Assembly: GCA_951406725.2 (NCBI GenBank) | Contig: OX597821.1 | Span: 31,868,001 to 31,932,000 of the forward strand | Direction of reading: 5' to 3' | From: Octopus vulgaris | Taxonomy: Eukaryota | Length of the DNA stretch: 64,000 bases | In this document: positions 42,497 through 56,930 of the stretch, piece after piece | How positions within the stretch are numbered: position 1 is the first letter of the stretch | Layout of the letters: every line of letters starts with the position of its first letter | Program-made: the position numbers and the translations under genes | Notes under the pieces: generated by a model | The model's input: the letters and a program-made list of their open reading frames with translations, nothing else | What the model was told of the DNA's origin: nothing | The model's database searches: none

Positions 42497-43386
42497 AGAC
42501 ATATATAAATATATACAGAATGTCCCCCGATTGCATACACACACTAACGGGACATAAAACATTTAGTTTCCAGTATATATTTATATTACTTATATTTAGA
42601 TTGAATCCATTAGAAATATTAATAAGCGGAACTAGATATGTGAAAATGCAGTCAAAGTGCAAATATAATTTACGATGGAGTTTCAAACAGATCCATGCAC
42701 GGGCTTTACCATTACTCGAATTACGTATAAGATAAAAAGCAAATGGAACTGTTCAGAATGTCCACAAGAGAGGTCCCAGAAAACCACGGACATATTTTCT
42801 ATTAATGATACTACATCACATGTCATAACGGCTCCGCACATCAACATGCCACATGCTTTACTAAAGAAGTTCCATTTTTAATTTTAAATATCCAGTTAAC
42901 AAATTCATCCTATAGCACAGGCGGATACACATGTTCGTTTAGCAGATACTGCGTGAAATGCGATCACAGAAGAAAGCGCTTAGCACAAACAATTCTTAAT
43001 AGAAATTTTGTGGAAAAAACTTGTATAATGCATGCAGCAATTAGGATTACATCCAAATGATGTAATAATTGTAGATACTTCTCAATTGTAATTGAACAAG
43101 CTTTGCTAATATTCCATCAGTTATGTTCAGCTCAAGGTTTCACAAGATGTTCTAAATTAGAGACACATCGCATGCATTCTTCTCGCAAGTACAGATAATC
43201 TAATTTTATTGTTTTCCGTCATGAGAAATAATACTTCTTATTTCTGGTTTCTATTAATCAATAGAAGCTAAACTGAACCTGGTGCATCTAGATATATATG
43301 TATGTATGTATGTATGCACGTGTGTATGTGTATATGGAAAAAACACAAGGTAGAAAATGCTAATATAATTTTATAAAACAACATTT

Positions 43387-43422
43387 CAGTACCGGTTTCA
43401 GCCATTCAGACTTTTTCAACTG
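43387..43422 (-). ncRNA. minimal hammerhead with altered core in a (TA)n-adjacent element (about 43333-43567)
   Basis: CAG-TTGAAAA-AGTC tgaat GGCT-GAAA-CCGG-TA-CTG: all three stems pair, but the core differs from CUGANGA at C3 and G8. Confidence 0.6.
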
Positions 43423-43564
43423 TATGGAAAACAATAAAATTTTGGGCAAATTAAAGGAAAAGTTTTTAAAAGAATATTTGCATGGTGTTCAAATACAGGT
43501 GGCATTTTGCCTTGTTTCTACCTGTTTCTGTTTCTCTTGTTTACTATCGTGAGTTCGAGGTCGT

Positions 43565-43636
<72 letters not shown>

Positions 43637-45890
43637 CGTGCTTGCATCGGAGTGTACTATAGATATAATGATAACTAATATAACTAACATTTGTTCATCA
43701 TTGAGTTAATATTAGAATGACAGATTTTTGTTAATCTTTTATATTCTCCCAGTTTCCGGATAAACTAAACTATTGCAGCTCGTTACAATTCCAAACGCGA
43801 TTACTTTTATTTTATATCGTATAATATCTAATATGTTCAAATAGCTGTAACTCGACATCACCAGACAAAGAATAGTTTTCGCATATTTTAACACCTATCT
43901 TTGAAGCATATGCATCAAGTGTTCTTTACGTACATGACTGCGAGCGGTATTCTGTTCTGAGCCGGCATGTTGAATGGGAAACTGTTTGCGATAACTTCTC
44001 CATATTATTCAGTGTAGTTTGTGACGAAAGTAAGTATTCTTTAAAGGGAGCATGTGTTCACCTTAATGTTATTTAAGGCCATAATTTCATGTGCTGCATT
44101 TACTAGGAGACTAACAGTCCATAACAGTAAAATTTCAATAGCATCAAAATAAATGTTTGGCCATATGCAACAGGAAAATATTCCTGTTGCGTAGTAGACG
44201 TCTAACGTCTTGAATTTTACATTACTAAAAACTAAAGTATTTTTATTTCACTAGTTGCAGTTCTTAGAATGCCAAACGTAGTAAAAAAACGAAACAATTC
44301 GATATACTTATTCCTAAAATTATCGCTTCACTCAGTCTTACATCAAGTTGTATTTGGGGTCCTTTAAAATAATGATATAGAAAAGAACATCATGTTTTAT
44401 GTTCATAAATACAGTAGAGATCTTCATTTCTTAATCACAAAACGGGTGTCATAGAGACAAGATGATTCATCCTTCATCCTGATCTTTTTAATTCTGATGG
44501 TGATATCATAAGACAACCGAATCATCTCGAATGCTATTGTGCTTAAGTGTTTCTCAAATTATTCAACCAGTCTTTATTTATGTTATCTCATCTTACCTAG
44601 TAGCTTTCATAAAGGTAATTTCAATAGTCATTTTCTTAACTCTAAGGAGGGAAGTATTGATCTGTCTCAGCAATTCAATAAACTGAATCTAGAAGCAGGT
44701 AGCTTGAAATAATATTCACGTGACAATGGCTTGGGACGTACTGCCATAGCAAGCGTCTTGTATCCCAAATTTTTGTTAAGCAGGGATGGGTTTCTAGATA
44801 ATGCTAGTGTAGGTAGAAACCTATAGCCTTAGTACATGTTTTTCTGTAAGCAAAATGTGATGTACGTTTTTAGAGTTGACTAACACAAAATATACGTGTG
44901 AAGTGGAAATTCTTGTGAAATGTTCAAGTTTTCGCGAGTATAATACTGTTCCCTGGTTCAAAGACGCATAAAATGTTCTGGTAATGTTTTGTTACAAGTG
45001 TCAAAAGCAGACCGCGGCTGTGATCTTGCGATTGAGGTGTGCTATAGAATGTATTTATCGATAAGAAATAAAATTCATGAAAAGTGTCTAATATATGCAT
45101 ATAATACTGCTACCTACATGATGAATGCATTTCTTGCAGGATAACTGTTTCGGTAAAAATGTAATCATGATTTCATTTTCATTATTTTCATCTGGTTTTA
45201 GTTATTGTGATTTACGCTTATCATCATATACCATAACAGATAACAAGATCTAGTTTCTGCATTCACTTCAAAAGTTAGATATGTCATAATCTAAATACAG
45301 GTGTATGTGCGTATATATGAATGTGTGTTGAGTGTGTGTGTGTGTCTGGTGGGGAATGTGTGCATATATATTTCTATCCGTCTGTTTATCTATGTAGCGA
45401 TCGATCTATTTATCTAACTATCTATATATAGTAGTGACCGCTGCCGGTTCAACATTGTTCCCGTCTGCCGAAAAGGCAATTTTTCCAAACACGCCTGCTA
45501 GATAAGTTATATTTGTCTCATTTTGTCTAAAGTCGTAAGACACCTGCTGTTATCATGTTATTACCATTCTTGTTTTTGTTTCTATTTTTATTTTTGTTTT
45601 TGTTTTTTGTATTTATATTCGTGTGGCTTCGTCCGTTTTTCTGTCCTTGTTTCGTTTACATTCGCTCCTTTTTCAAAGAAATCTAATGCTCGCAGCTTAG
45701 TTTTTCATTGGGGCTGGCCGTGTCGGAGCAATATCAGGATTAATCAGCCGAAATTTGCTATGATGATCCGGTTTCTGACTAAAGATTAAAGGCTTCGAAT
45801 GACCCGTCCGTTTTTTTGTGTTCGTCCCTTTGTGTATTTCACGTTCTTGTTTCTTTATATATAATTTTTATACCTATATATAAACATACG

Positions 45891-45936
<46 letters not shown>

Positions 45937-46099
45937 CATACACACATATTTATGTATATATATATGTGTATGTATATACTCGCATATATGGATGAATATA
46001 TCCTTTAATAGGATTTTTTTCCATAGTCTTGTAATGCCTTTTCATCATACGTTATTTACAAATTCTTATATCGTATAGGTATGAATGTATATAAGGAAA

Positions 46100-47420
46100 T
46101 GATCAATAAAAGAGTTAATTTATTAAACAAAATTCAATGAATTTCATCAAATAAACGAAATGAAGCAAGTTAGATGTGAAAACGGATTATATATTTATCC
46201 TAAACGATGGCTCATGATAACGAAAATGACGATAGTTTCTGATAAAAGATTTCAAATAAAAGAACATCACAGTGGCCGAATCACATGTACTCCTCCGTAG
46301 GTGAGATGTAAAGGAAAAGAAACAAAAAGATGGTTAAAATATACATTGAATGTTTTCTTAGTTATCATTATGATATAATTATTAGTATATGAATTGTTTC
46401 ACTCACGAAAATGTCCAAATCATAGAAATAAATATTTGTAAAAAATTGCTTTTAAGATAAAAATTCTATGAAATATGTAGTAAATATCCTTTTTGAAATG
46501 CTTTTAACACTGAACTACATCAATATATCCCCTTACATGTTCGCTTTTCCTCTGTATAGAAACATAATAATTTCGCCGTAAAAATAATACATCGAGGAAA
46601 TAACATTTATTATTTTCTACTTTCTTCAATACGAGTTATAGCACAACACCACTTTTGTTTCACCTTACGACAATCACGTAAGTGGTCTCCTTTAAATCTA
46701 TCTGCACACTAGTGTGCATGTATTTCCGAAGTTTCATTCTTTTTAATATATCCAGCGGTTTTCAGATAATTAATGCAACCTATAATACCTATATTATGTA
46801 TTGATTATTGACTTTTCAGAAACACTTAAATAAATAATTACACAAACTATTAATCGATCTCACATCCTAGCTTCTAAATTGGTATTTACTTGAACACATA
46901 ATAGGTGTGATAGATGACCGTTAAGAAATATTTTAGCATGAATTTGAAATAACATATACCTCCATATCTAGTATTTTGTAATGTGCATATACAAACATCT
47001 TGACCAGTATTTCCTTTACAGAGTCTTTTCTGAAATCGATATTTATTGGACTTCCTAGCGAGAAAGTTAGGAATTAGCTATTAGATGTTAAAACAGCCAA
47101 GTCCTTTAATATTTTAGTCTCGATTCAAACTTTCGCGAGGGGAAGAGTGCCTATACTGATGCCTATATAATAATGACAAAAATTCAAAGTATATGTTACA
47201 TATTTTTTTTGTTTGATTTCCTTTAAATCTCACCTACTGAAGAATACATGTGATTCGGCCTTTGTGAGGTACTTTTTATTGAGATTTTGGTATTTTTTGT
47301 CAGAAGCAATTTTCTCGTATTATGGAAAAAAAAGGATAATTCATTTTAACTTCTAATCTGCTTCATTTCATATGTTTGATGTAATTTATTGAATTTTTAA
47401 AAATAAATTCAGTCTGATCA
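46100..47420. repeat. old long inverted repeat (arms about 46100-46380 and 47160-47420), possible decayed DNA transposon
   Basis: GGCCGAATCACATGTA.TC.TC.GTAGGTGAGAT mirrored as ATCTCACCTAC.GA.GAATACATGTGATTCGGCC, with further colinear blocks. Confidence 0.7.
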
Positions 47421-47440
47421 TTCGAATTGATCATTTGCTG

Positions 47441-47498
<58 letters not shown>

Positions 47499-47819
47499 AA
47501 CTTAGCTAATTCAGACGTTAAAATATCCGAGTAAGGTATTTTACTTTACACGCAACTTGACATGATTTTCACTCTCTTCAGCCATTCCATTCTTTCTAGT
47601 ATTGTCTTTTTATTTATTTTCCCCTCTGATGAAACTCCATGATTCAAATCTGTTTTATTCCCAACTGTGATAAATACAGTTTAGCATAATAATGCTGATA
47701 CCAAAGAATATTGACAGCAGAATCACCTGTTAGATGGGATACTGTCTTTATGCAAATAATTAAGGCATAACAACTGATGAAAATCAATTGTTGTTCATCT
47801 GCATTATCTCGATTTTCTG

Positions 47820-47910
<91 letters not shown>

Positions 47911-47915
47911 GTATG

Positions 47916-47957
<42 letters not shown>

Positions 47958-48150
47958 TTATTTGACGGAAAAAAATAAAATTTACAAATACTAAATCAAA
48001 TTTCACACAATATAGTATATATATATAAAATTAGAAAAAAAAACACCTTTTATCAATTCAAAAGGAACAATTAAATTACACCATCTAGACAATTACATAT
48101 AGAAAAGTTAAAATTAAAATAACAGTAAAATGTAAAGAATAAGTAAATCT

Positions 48151-48195
<45 letters not shown>

Positions 48196-48256
48196 ATACA
48201 AATAAATATATATATATATATACATATACGTTATATATATACATACATATATATAT

Positions 48257-48306
<50 letters not shown>

Positions 48307-48839
48307 TATAGGAATTACTCGATAGTTAGATACTTGATATAATGGCCATATTTTCAATGCGAATTTCATCTGTGTCGATTTACAAATTTATTGTTATATA
48401 TGAAATGCACACAATGACACTAAAGGAAATACACCTATAGCTGTTGACGACGCTAATGGTGGTAATGACAATTGGTGGTGACCCTGGTCCAACGTTGCTC
48501 TGATGACGCCATTCATTTTTGGACTGTCCCATCATTTCAGTGTTATGTCGAAGTCTATATATATTATTCTAACTTGTGTTTCATTACTCAAGAATATAAC
48601 GTATTTTTTGCGGGTGGATTCCTTGTCATTTCTACAAGATTAATAGACTGCATCGATGCTCTCAATTTTAGTAAGCATTTATTCTAGTCATGGCCATTTA
48701 TTGTAAATGAACATTAACCTACATATCAATATTACTCTCATCGTCATAATCACTGTCCTAATCATCTGATAATCCGCTTTATTATCATGATCAATATCGT
48801 CGTCCAGGGCGTCACGGTTATGTTGTTCTCCAATGTCGT

Positions 48840-49037
48840 TGTCATCATCATCACCACCACCACCACCACCATCATCAACATCATCATCATAGACATCATC
48901 ATCATCTTCACCACCACCATCATCATCATCATCATCCCCACCACCAACATCATCATCATTATCATCATCACTACCACCACCATCATCATCATCATCATCG
49001 TCACCATCATCATCACCACCACCACCACTATCATCAA

Positions 49038-49073
<36 letters not shown>

Positions 49074-49089
49074 CATCACCACCACCACC

Positions 49090-49123
<34 letters not shown>

Positions 49124-49150
49124 TCATCATCACCATCATCATCATTATCA
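48840..49150. repeat. (CAT/CAC)n compound trinucleotide repeat
   Basis: Directly visible; explains the poly-M/V and poly-I/T ORFs. Confidence 0.97.
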
Positions 49151-51005
49151 GCATTAGAAACTTAAACAGCAGCATTTTCTGTATCGTCAATGCCCTCTTC
49201 ATCGAAAGCTGCACTACTAACGTTATTATTCATCCAGCATATAGTCTGTCTTCTTCTAACTAATCCACTTCTTGATCATCATTAATATTACTACCAACGG
49301 CATTTTACGAAGAAGAGAAATTATCAAAGAATAACAAAGAAAATGTGCTTTCAATAAATGAACAAGAAACAGAATCCCTATATTTTTTCACTGAGAATCA
49401 GCATCTGCTTCCGTTGTAGCTGCAACGAAACATGGTGGTAATTTTTATTCAATTTACCCTCCTTCGAATTATTTCACTTGGAATTATTTCTTTTTCCCCA
49501 TAAATCTAATTACCTATATTTTTCATCTTATGTATATTTTTCTTCATTTTTATATGTACACTTTTTTTGTTTCTTCAAACATTTTCTGCGCCACGTGAAA
49601 CTTAAGACGGTATATTCCAGTGCTGTCATCTCGGCATTTACTGTTCATTTACTCTTTTGTTCTTTTCAGAGAATTTAGACATTGCAGTTTTGTTTTCTTT
49701 TTAAATTTTTGTAGCTTTGTCATTATAGAATTATTGGGAGAATATTTCATTTATCTTCCTGATCATAATAGGATTAATTCAAACCACTTTTTCATATTCT
49801 TTCAAGTTCGTACATACACACAGACACACGTATACACACACATACACAAACACACACAAACACACACAAATATGTATACATTTAACTGTATGACAGTGTA
49901 TGTGCGTGAATATATGTATGTGAATGTATGCATATATATGTACATATAAGCATGTGGTGGGCTTTTTCCACGTGTGTGTGTCAGTGTGTATTTCAGTGTA
50001 TCTATTGGGGTAGAATTCAATTAGTTGAATTAGTTTCATTGTATATAGAAGAAATACATTTTTTTTTTTCTGTATATAGAATGGAATGTTGTATGAAATT
50101 GGGTTTATTACTAATTGTAATTGATTTTGTCTTCTTCCTTTAAAGGTTTCTTCTCAATTAATCTTCACACAGCAATTATCGATGCTTCATGTTCATGTGC
50201 GATATCGCGATGGAAATGTAGTGCAAGCTTCCATTTCTATTGTCTATGTTACTGCCGTGATTTCGCGTCCATGATAATTGCTATAATGTCAACATAACCT
50301 AATATTTAATACACAATACATAAATGATATTAGTAGCAAATCCCAACTGGTTCCTTTTCGACAACATAATCAAACTATTACATTAGTCGTGATAAATCAT
50401 ATGTAAAGGTAATGCAGAAAATGTAGCCATGTTGCAGGAAATGTCTATTTCGTTTTGTTGCTAGGAAGACTATGTAAAAAATATATATATATATTAAGAA
50501 GTATTACACACAGCCCAAGAGAAAAGTTTTTATATTTTTCATTATTCGTCAGTAGGCTGTGTTTCATATTTTCAATGAATTCTAGGTAACATATGATTGA
50601 TATTACTACAAGGTTGCCTCATTTAGAATAATAGGATTCTGGATTTCTCTAATAAATGTGAATCTCTTCAGCGCGAAAGGTTTGAATATCACCTGAAAGA
50701 TGTTTTATTAAAACATTCAGTAGTTTCTTTGATCTATGAATGCATAATTGACCTGCGCGTGATACAGAGAAAAGTATACATATATATAAATGTTATAGTA
50801 GAATTAGAACAAATAGAAGTATATATATCCCTATATTCTTAATTAGCAGAACGTTAATTTAGAGTAACGGATTTATAGGCCCTCATATATAGCAACAGAC
50901 TATATAAATTATTAAAACTTTAAATCGATATTTCAGGAAAGGATAACTAGACAAAATCTTGATTTGCAAACTACTTATTCCATTCATTCTCGTATATACA
51001 AATAA

Positions 51006-51038
<33 letters not shown>

Positions 51039-51039
51039 C

Positions 51040-51545
51040 ACAAAAATGAATAATATTATCAATACACATAAAATCTTTAAATGCAAATGGTCACATAAAT
51101 CTTTCAAAAAACAAATGCCAAAATTCACACACCACATCCACCCCATCAGTTAAATAATGTGCACGCCCTAACTGTGGTACCTGCTCCTTCCTACTTGAAG
51201 GCTCTGAATTTACTTTCAAACAAGGAACAAAGTTTAAAATCAAGACCAACGTCTCTTGTTCCTCCGAGAACTTCATCTACGTTCTTACATGCGCCGGTTG
51301 CCAACACAATTATATCGGACAAACGAGACTTCCTTTACGCAGAAGAGTAGCAGTCCAAAAAGAAAAAATAAATCTCCCACAATACCGTCAAATTCCACTT
51401 AGACTATTGCGCTAGAAATAAAAATCCCAAATTTCATATATTCTCTTTCTATCAATGTAAAGACAGAATCTCTACAGAAGAAAGAATCAACAAGGAGAAT
51501 CTTCTTATTGAAAAATTCCAAACGCTTCTTAATATGCAAACTCCA
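51040..51545 (+). pseudogene. Neptune-like PLE GIY-YIG endonuclease fragment (absent from the ORF track)
   Basis: Hand translation: CARPNCGTCSFLLEG..VSCSSENFIYVLTCAGCQHNYIGQTRLPLRRRV..; after a frameshift DYCARNKNPKFHIF..RINKENLLIEKFQTLLN. Cys-rich linker plus IY-CxxC-YIGQT. Confidence 0.88.
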
Positions 51546-52784
51546 CGGTGACAGTATTCCTTGTTCTAGCATCCTGTCTGACAAAAAATATATATAAGCA
51601 TCCTGTTTGACAAAAAATTCAGTATTCCAATTAAAGTGTGTAAAATCCACAGACTTGTCTCCCCTTATTCACGGGAACTGGATAACTCCTACTCTATTTC
51701 CAGTTTTGACACAACATTTTCAAACAAAACACTACACTTAAACACATGCATCCTAATGCCCCAAAGAAGTTTTTCCATGGACTAATATTGAACTCTAAAA
51801 GCATAAAGACACTACAATGTATTGGTATACTTATTTATTAATTTTTGTATATATTCATTTTTTTTGAGAAAGACATTGTAAATTTCTTTTTTCCCCTTCC
51901 ACATTTGAAAAAAAAATGTCCCCTTACAAATCTTGAAAATTTGCCTTGAATGAAAGGCGGTGTGATTTCATTTTAAATTTTCCATACACCCATTTATATT
52001 TAGCATTCTGCCTTATTATGTTTTCCTCTACTATCATTTCTCCACGCGCAGTTAATACAACCCCACCATTTTCTCACTTATATATAGAGAGACAGACAGA
52101 CAGACAGACAAACAGATAGGTAGATAGTTAGATAAATAGATAGATATAGGATCACTTTTTATATAATCACCATACGGTTCCTACAAAATGTATATCGAAT
52201 AGAAGCGGGCGTAATTCAATAACAGGCATTTTGAACTATAAAATTCACAAATCTCCCTTCACGCTTCAATAAATTCATGCAGACCGAACTACAATTGGTA
52301 ACTTACCGTATTTATAACATCTATGTATCCTTATATAATACTCGACAAGATGTAGGGCGCAAAGCAGAAGCCCGTTTGTAGGCATATTAAATACAACCAC
52401 CACCACCGATGATAACCTAATAAATATACGCCACACACGTGCAACTTCTAGATAGGCGTCAGTATCACGCAGCCAAAAATAATCATACAACAAGTGTACT
52501 GTTTCGACCAACAGAAGCAAACACATTATGCATGAACATTTACTTTCCTTCCGATGTTTATTCAATAGACAACCCAAGAACACAATCGCATAACACTTCA
52601 TGATTTTACTCACCTTCAAAGAATTTCAAACAGGTTTCAAATGGTAAAATAAATTTTTGGGGAATCAGTAATTTATGTCAATGTCCGTACTAAATTACTT
52701 TTCAAGACCATAATACTTTCTGATTAGATGTTGAGCTACAAATCGAAACTGTTATTACCTTTTAATTAGTGATAACACATAATC

Positions 52785-52960
52785 TTTTCTACTATAATTA
52801 CAATGCCTGAAATTTGGGGAGTAGAGGGCAAGTCGATTCAATTTACCCCAGTGAGCAAATGGAAACTATTTCATCGAACTCAAAGAGAAGAATGGCAAAC
52901 TCGACCTCAGCAGAATTTGAACTGATAGCGTAACTTTGGGCAGAATGTTAAGCTTTTTTC
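52785..52960 (-). mobile_element. decayed SINE family C copy
   Basis: Colinear with 13854-14072 (GGCAAGTCG..GGCAAACTCGACCTCAGCAGAATTTGAACT). Confidence 0.65.
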
Positions 52961-54592
52961 TCCGCATAAAATGGACAGGATTCTAGTTGACACATAACGT
53001 TGTCATCTGTTAATATACCACACTGTACTTTCATCATAATGACATCACGCAAGATTTGAAGAATGTTCTTGAAAATATGTCACTCACTATCTTCAGTGGT
53101 TCTCTTCTTAAACGTAGTGCTGTTCACCTCCCCGAATTCGTAGTTTAGCAGAAATATTTCCATCTGGAACTGATATTGTTCCCGTATTTTTCTGACAATG
53201 AACATTTTACAGAATTCATAGACAAATAGTGAGCCTACCGTCTAAGAAGACTGTAACCCCATTCACCCGCATAACAAACATTTGGAAGTATGCCTGTTGA
53301 GCCAGTAGGCGATAATCACAGATAATCAAGATATTCAAACCTGTTTCTATTCTGAATTTGACTTCATTTCTATCATATTTCACCTTGTGAAATGTTTGAA
53401 GGTCTTAACCCAATTTTACACCTTTTAACCGAAGCCAATTGTACTTTTCCATCATTCATTAACATCCCATAATATTTTATTACAGAATGAACAGAAATAA
53501 AACTCATAAATATTTCTGTATTCTGAATATGAGATTTACTGTTATTGTTTGCATTATGTCAAATAAAATATTGTGAATAGCATATGTAAAATTCATAAAT
53601 ATCTTTTAGAATAACAATACAGCAGTGTAGGAAACACTACAGTAATAAAACATTTTAGAATTCAGAAACCAATTATGTATTTCAGTTAGCCTTTCGTGTG
53701 AAACCACCCCGTTAATGCCTAAATCATTTTACCCTGCTGGTTTCCTAATGGTTCTTTGACAATGCAATAATGCATAAGAAACTATATTTCAAAGAATCAA
53801 AAGAAAGCATAAATCAAACGTTATATTGCTGTTTAAAAACGCAGCGTACATCATTCCATAGTGGTGTGACCGTTAAGATATAATATATTACATAAACTGT
53901 TTATTCATAGATAGTAAAATAAGTAGATTTATAACATCGATTTCTTCAAGTTGCCTATGCAGGCACTAGATTTCACAGAAGTTTACCGAAATGCGGAGAA
54001 ACAACGTTGAGGTTTTTCTTTTTCACTTATGGGACACTCAGCGTTAATAGTATAAAAGAATAAGATATATTAGAAAATAGTTTACTATCATTTGACAAAA
54101 CCTCCGTTCATTAGGAAGAAAATTATAGAGAAATTTTAACATTGATGTGTTCACTAAATGCAATGCCTATGTAAGTGAAGTGACTGAGATAAAAACTATG
54201 ATTTGTACTGGTATGAGGAATCAGTTTGCAGGAGTATGAAACCTTGGGGTTAAGATACATCGTACGTTATTCTATATATGTGTGTGTGTGAGTGTGTGTG
54301 TATGCATGCATGTATGTAGTTAATTCAAGGAGGTTATATCCTCATTAGGGATTATATAATCCAAGTTATTCCACTGGTTAAACTTTATCCTATAATGCTA
54401 GAGTCACTGGTATATGTTAGGGATTATGGAAATTATATACTATCATCAATATTGAGTGAAAAAGAACATGCATGAATAATGGTTGTATGAATAATTTATT
54501 TGTTTGTTATAAAATGATGAAAATTCCTTTTAAAACACGTAACGGTACAAATAATTTGATTACAAATTTTAAAGCTAAAAAAATTAAATAAA

Positions 54593-54716
54593 AGAACCTA
54601 CATATATGTTTCAGTCCTACTACCTAGTTGATCAAAAATTCTAACCATTTGGTTAAATATTAAGAAAGGTATCATATTCTAACTATATGGTGGCAGGACT
54701 TCTTCGAATTAATTCT
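54593..54716 (-). ncRNA. hammerhead-like motif with a 12-bp stem II and long insertion
   Basis: AGAATT-aat-TCGAAGA-AGTCCTGCCACC..(64 nt)..GGTAGTAGGACT-GAAA-CATATATG-TA-GGTTCT; 11 of 12 stem II positions pair. Confidence 0.65.
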
Positions 54717-55333
54717 AAGCTCATGGAAATTAGGTAATCATTTTTCTTTTGTACGATGCATAGAATATTACTTGGTTAATGAAGTTAAAAGCTATATATC
54801 GTAAGAGTATCTAAGTGATGGGCTTTATATATTCATGAATATACCATATATTAGAGAACAAATATATAAGATATAGCCAAGAGATAAAAATAAACCGAAC
54901 CTGATGGAGTAAATAAAATAAAACTCAAAATATAAAAGTAAAATATAAAATTTAAAAAATTGATTCTATGAAATTTTATTTGTTTGGTGATATTTATTTG
55001 TGGAAAGATATAGAAGAGTAGCAATATATGGCATGATCAAAATCGAGGATAGATGGAAGTTTGAAAAGTAACCGTTATAATGAGTATCTAGTAAAACTTA
55101 TAAAGCGTTAGGCATTAGAATATGTAAATGCGTATTTAAATGCATATTTCAGATGATTGCAATAGGACGTTGGGACATGGACATCGGATTCATAGTTACT
55201 CATACGTATTTTATTGAGCATACGTATACACATAAATATAAGCACAGACATCCATAAGCCAAAAATTAACTGATATATATATATATAAATACATATACGC
55301 ACACATACATATACACACACATATAAGAATATG

Positions 55334-55394
<61 letters not shown>

Positions 55395-55400
<6 letters not shown>

Positions 55401-55672
55401 GGACTGAACACGAAAAAGTGGACAGTCAACATGCTAGATATAGACGTAAAATCGCCATTCTCCACAAAAAGTCTATGTTCTCAGATCTGAGAACATATAC
55501 TTTTTGTGGAGAATGGCGATTTGACGTCTATATCTAGCATGTTGACTGTCCACTTTTTCGTGTTCAGTCCTTAATTGGTATATATAAATATTTTAATCTT
55601 CGGATTCTTTCTTTAATATGCTAGACCACTGGTTCTAATTGATAAATATCAATTTTTACCCTAAATTTAATG

Positions 55673-55675
<3 letters not shown>
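55395..55675. mobile_element. (TA)n-embedded tail element with a 91-bp-arm palindrome (55395-55576)
   Basis: Spacer-less palindrome centred on AGATCT (55483-88) with 2 mismatches; right arm continues to ATTTTTACCCT; homologous to 16500-16705. Confidence 0.88.
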
Positions 55676-55705
<30 letters not shown>

Positions 55706-55710
<5 letters not shown>

Positions 55711-56883
55711 ATACAATATGTTACATTACTCGGTAGTCAAGATAAAACTCTGAGTTTCAGATGCCGAAGTGGAAATCCACAACACCATCTCTTCGGTTAT
55801 CTGGCTATTTGAAAACGTTATGAAAAAATACCGTTAAAAATGAAGGGAAATTACTCTGTTATAACTCTGCTTTGCCTGCGTACTTATACATCGCTCGCAT
55901 TTTTCGTCATAAAAATTATATAAAAATACATAAAAATATATAAAAATATATAAAAATATATAAAATCTTCTTGGGACATAACACAGAAAGCATATTCTAT
56001 CCGTTTTCTTTAGGGGACCAAAACGTAACAGAAATTTAGTCACATGTGGGCATGATCCGAAAAGCTCTGTCCTTGTATTTAGACATGTGGTAGGGTCTAA
56101 GCTGCTTTTCCAGATAAGCCATCTCTCCATGTCGCATAAACCGCACCTTCCGCTGCCGTTAGTATAGGGCTTACATCTGGCCAAAATCTTCCATTGTATG
56201 TTATAATCGACACCTTTATCTCTTAAAGACCAAATATGATTGGATAATTGTGTCGCTTTTCTTTTGTTCCAGTGCCTAAAGCTCAAAGTGTGGTTATTGA
56301 ACCTGGCCTTGAAATTACCCTCTGTCAGGCCCACGTATTTCTTCGTCGAAACGGTGTCTTTAGTGGTTATAGAGTTTACGGTAGCTTCATATATGATGGT
56401 CTTGGACATGCAAGCTCCATTTAGCGGGCACAATTCTTTATTCCTGCATGAACAGCTGTTTTCTTCTTGTGTTTTTTGTATGTTATGATTGATTATGTTT
56501 TTAAAATTGGTAGTTGAACTAAAACTAATTTTTAAATTGTGTCTATTGAAGAGTTTCCTATAAGCATGGTTAACTGGAAAATGTCTATCTATCAGTGCTA
56601 GGAAATATTTACCTATATTGAAGGCCACCTCGGGTGAGTAAGGGGGCGTAAACCAGATGACCTTCCTATTTCTATTATTCCTTTTCCTTATTGTTGGGCT
56701 GGTGATAGGTGTATATTTTATTTTTTCGCTAAAACCACTATCTTTTAAAGCTTTATTATAAACTGGGGCAACGCTATTGAAGATGTCCTCATTAGATGAG
56801 AGGCTAGAAATCCTCTTACTAATATTTTTAACTAAATTTTTGAATACTATAGGGGGATGGCATGAACCTACATTAATATAACT
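55706..56883 (-). mobile_element. inverted partial copy of the adjacent Hydra-like PLE (thumb, GIY-YIG, pLTR)
   Basis: Near-identical reverse complement of about 57965-59133; ORF 55834-56628 encodes the EN. Confidence 0.97.
55740..55802 (-). ncRNA. PLE pLTR hammerhead (CCGAAGA core variant)
   Basis: Identical to 59036-59098. Confidence 0.75.
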
Positions 56884-56930
56884 TTTGCTATCGGATAAAA
56901 TCCAAAAAATTCCCTCCTAGGATTAAAGGC

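Noticed and set aside
45430-45860. GC-richer block between TA/TG repeats
   Set aside because: Looks like a repeat, but I found no ribozyme core, TIR, TSD or second copy in the window.
47559-47587. Minus-strand CTGAAGA-GAGT-GAAA-ATCATG-TC
   Set aside because: Stem II cannot form and stem I is unpaired; at best a deleted relic.
52450-52512. Possible type II hammerhead on the minus strand
   Set aside because: Core reads CTGACGC (no A9), and stems I and II are not supported.
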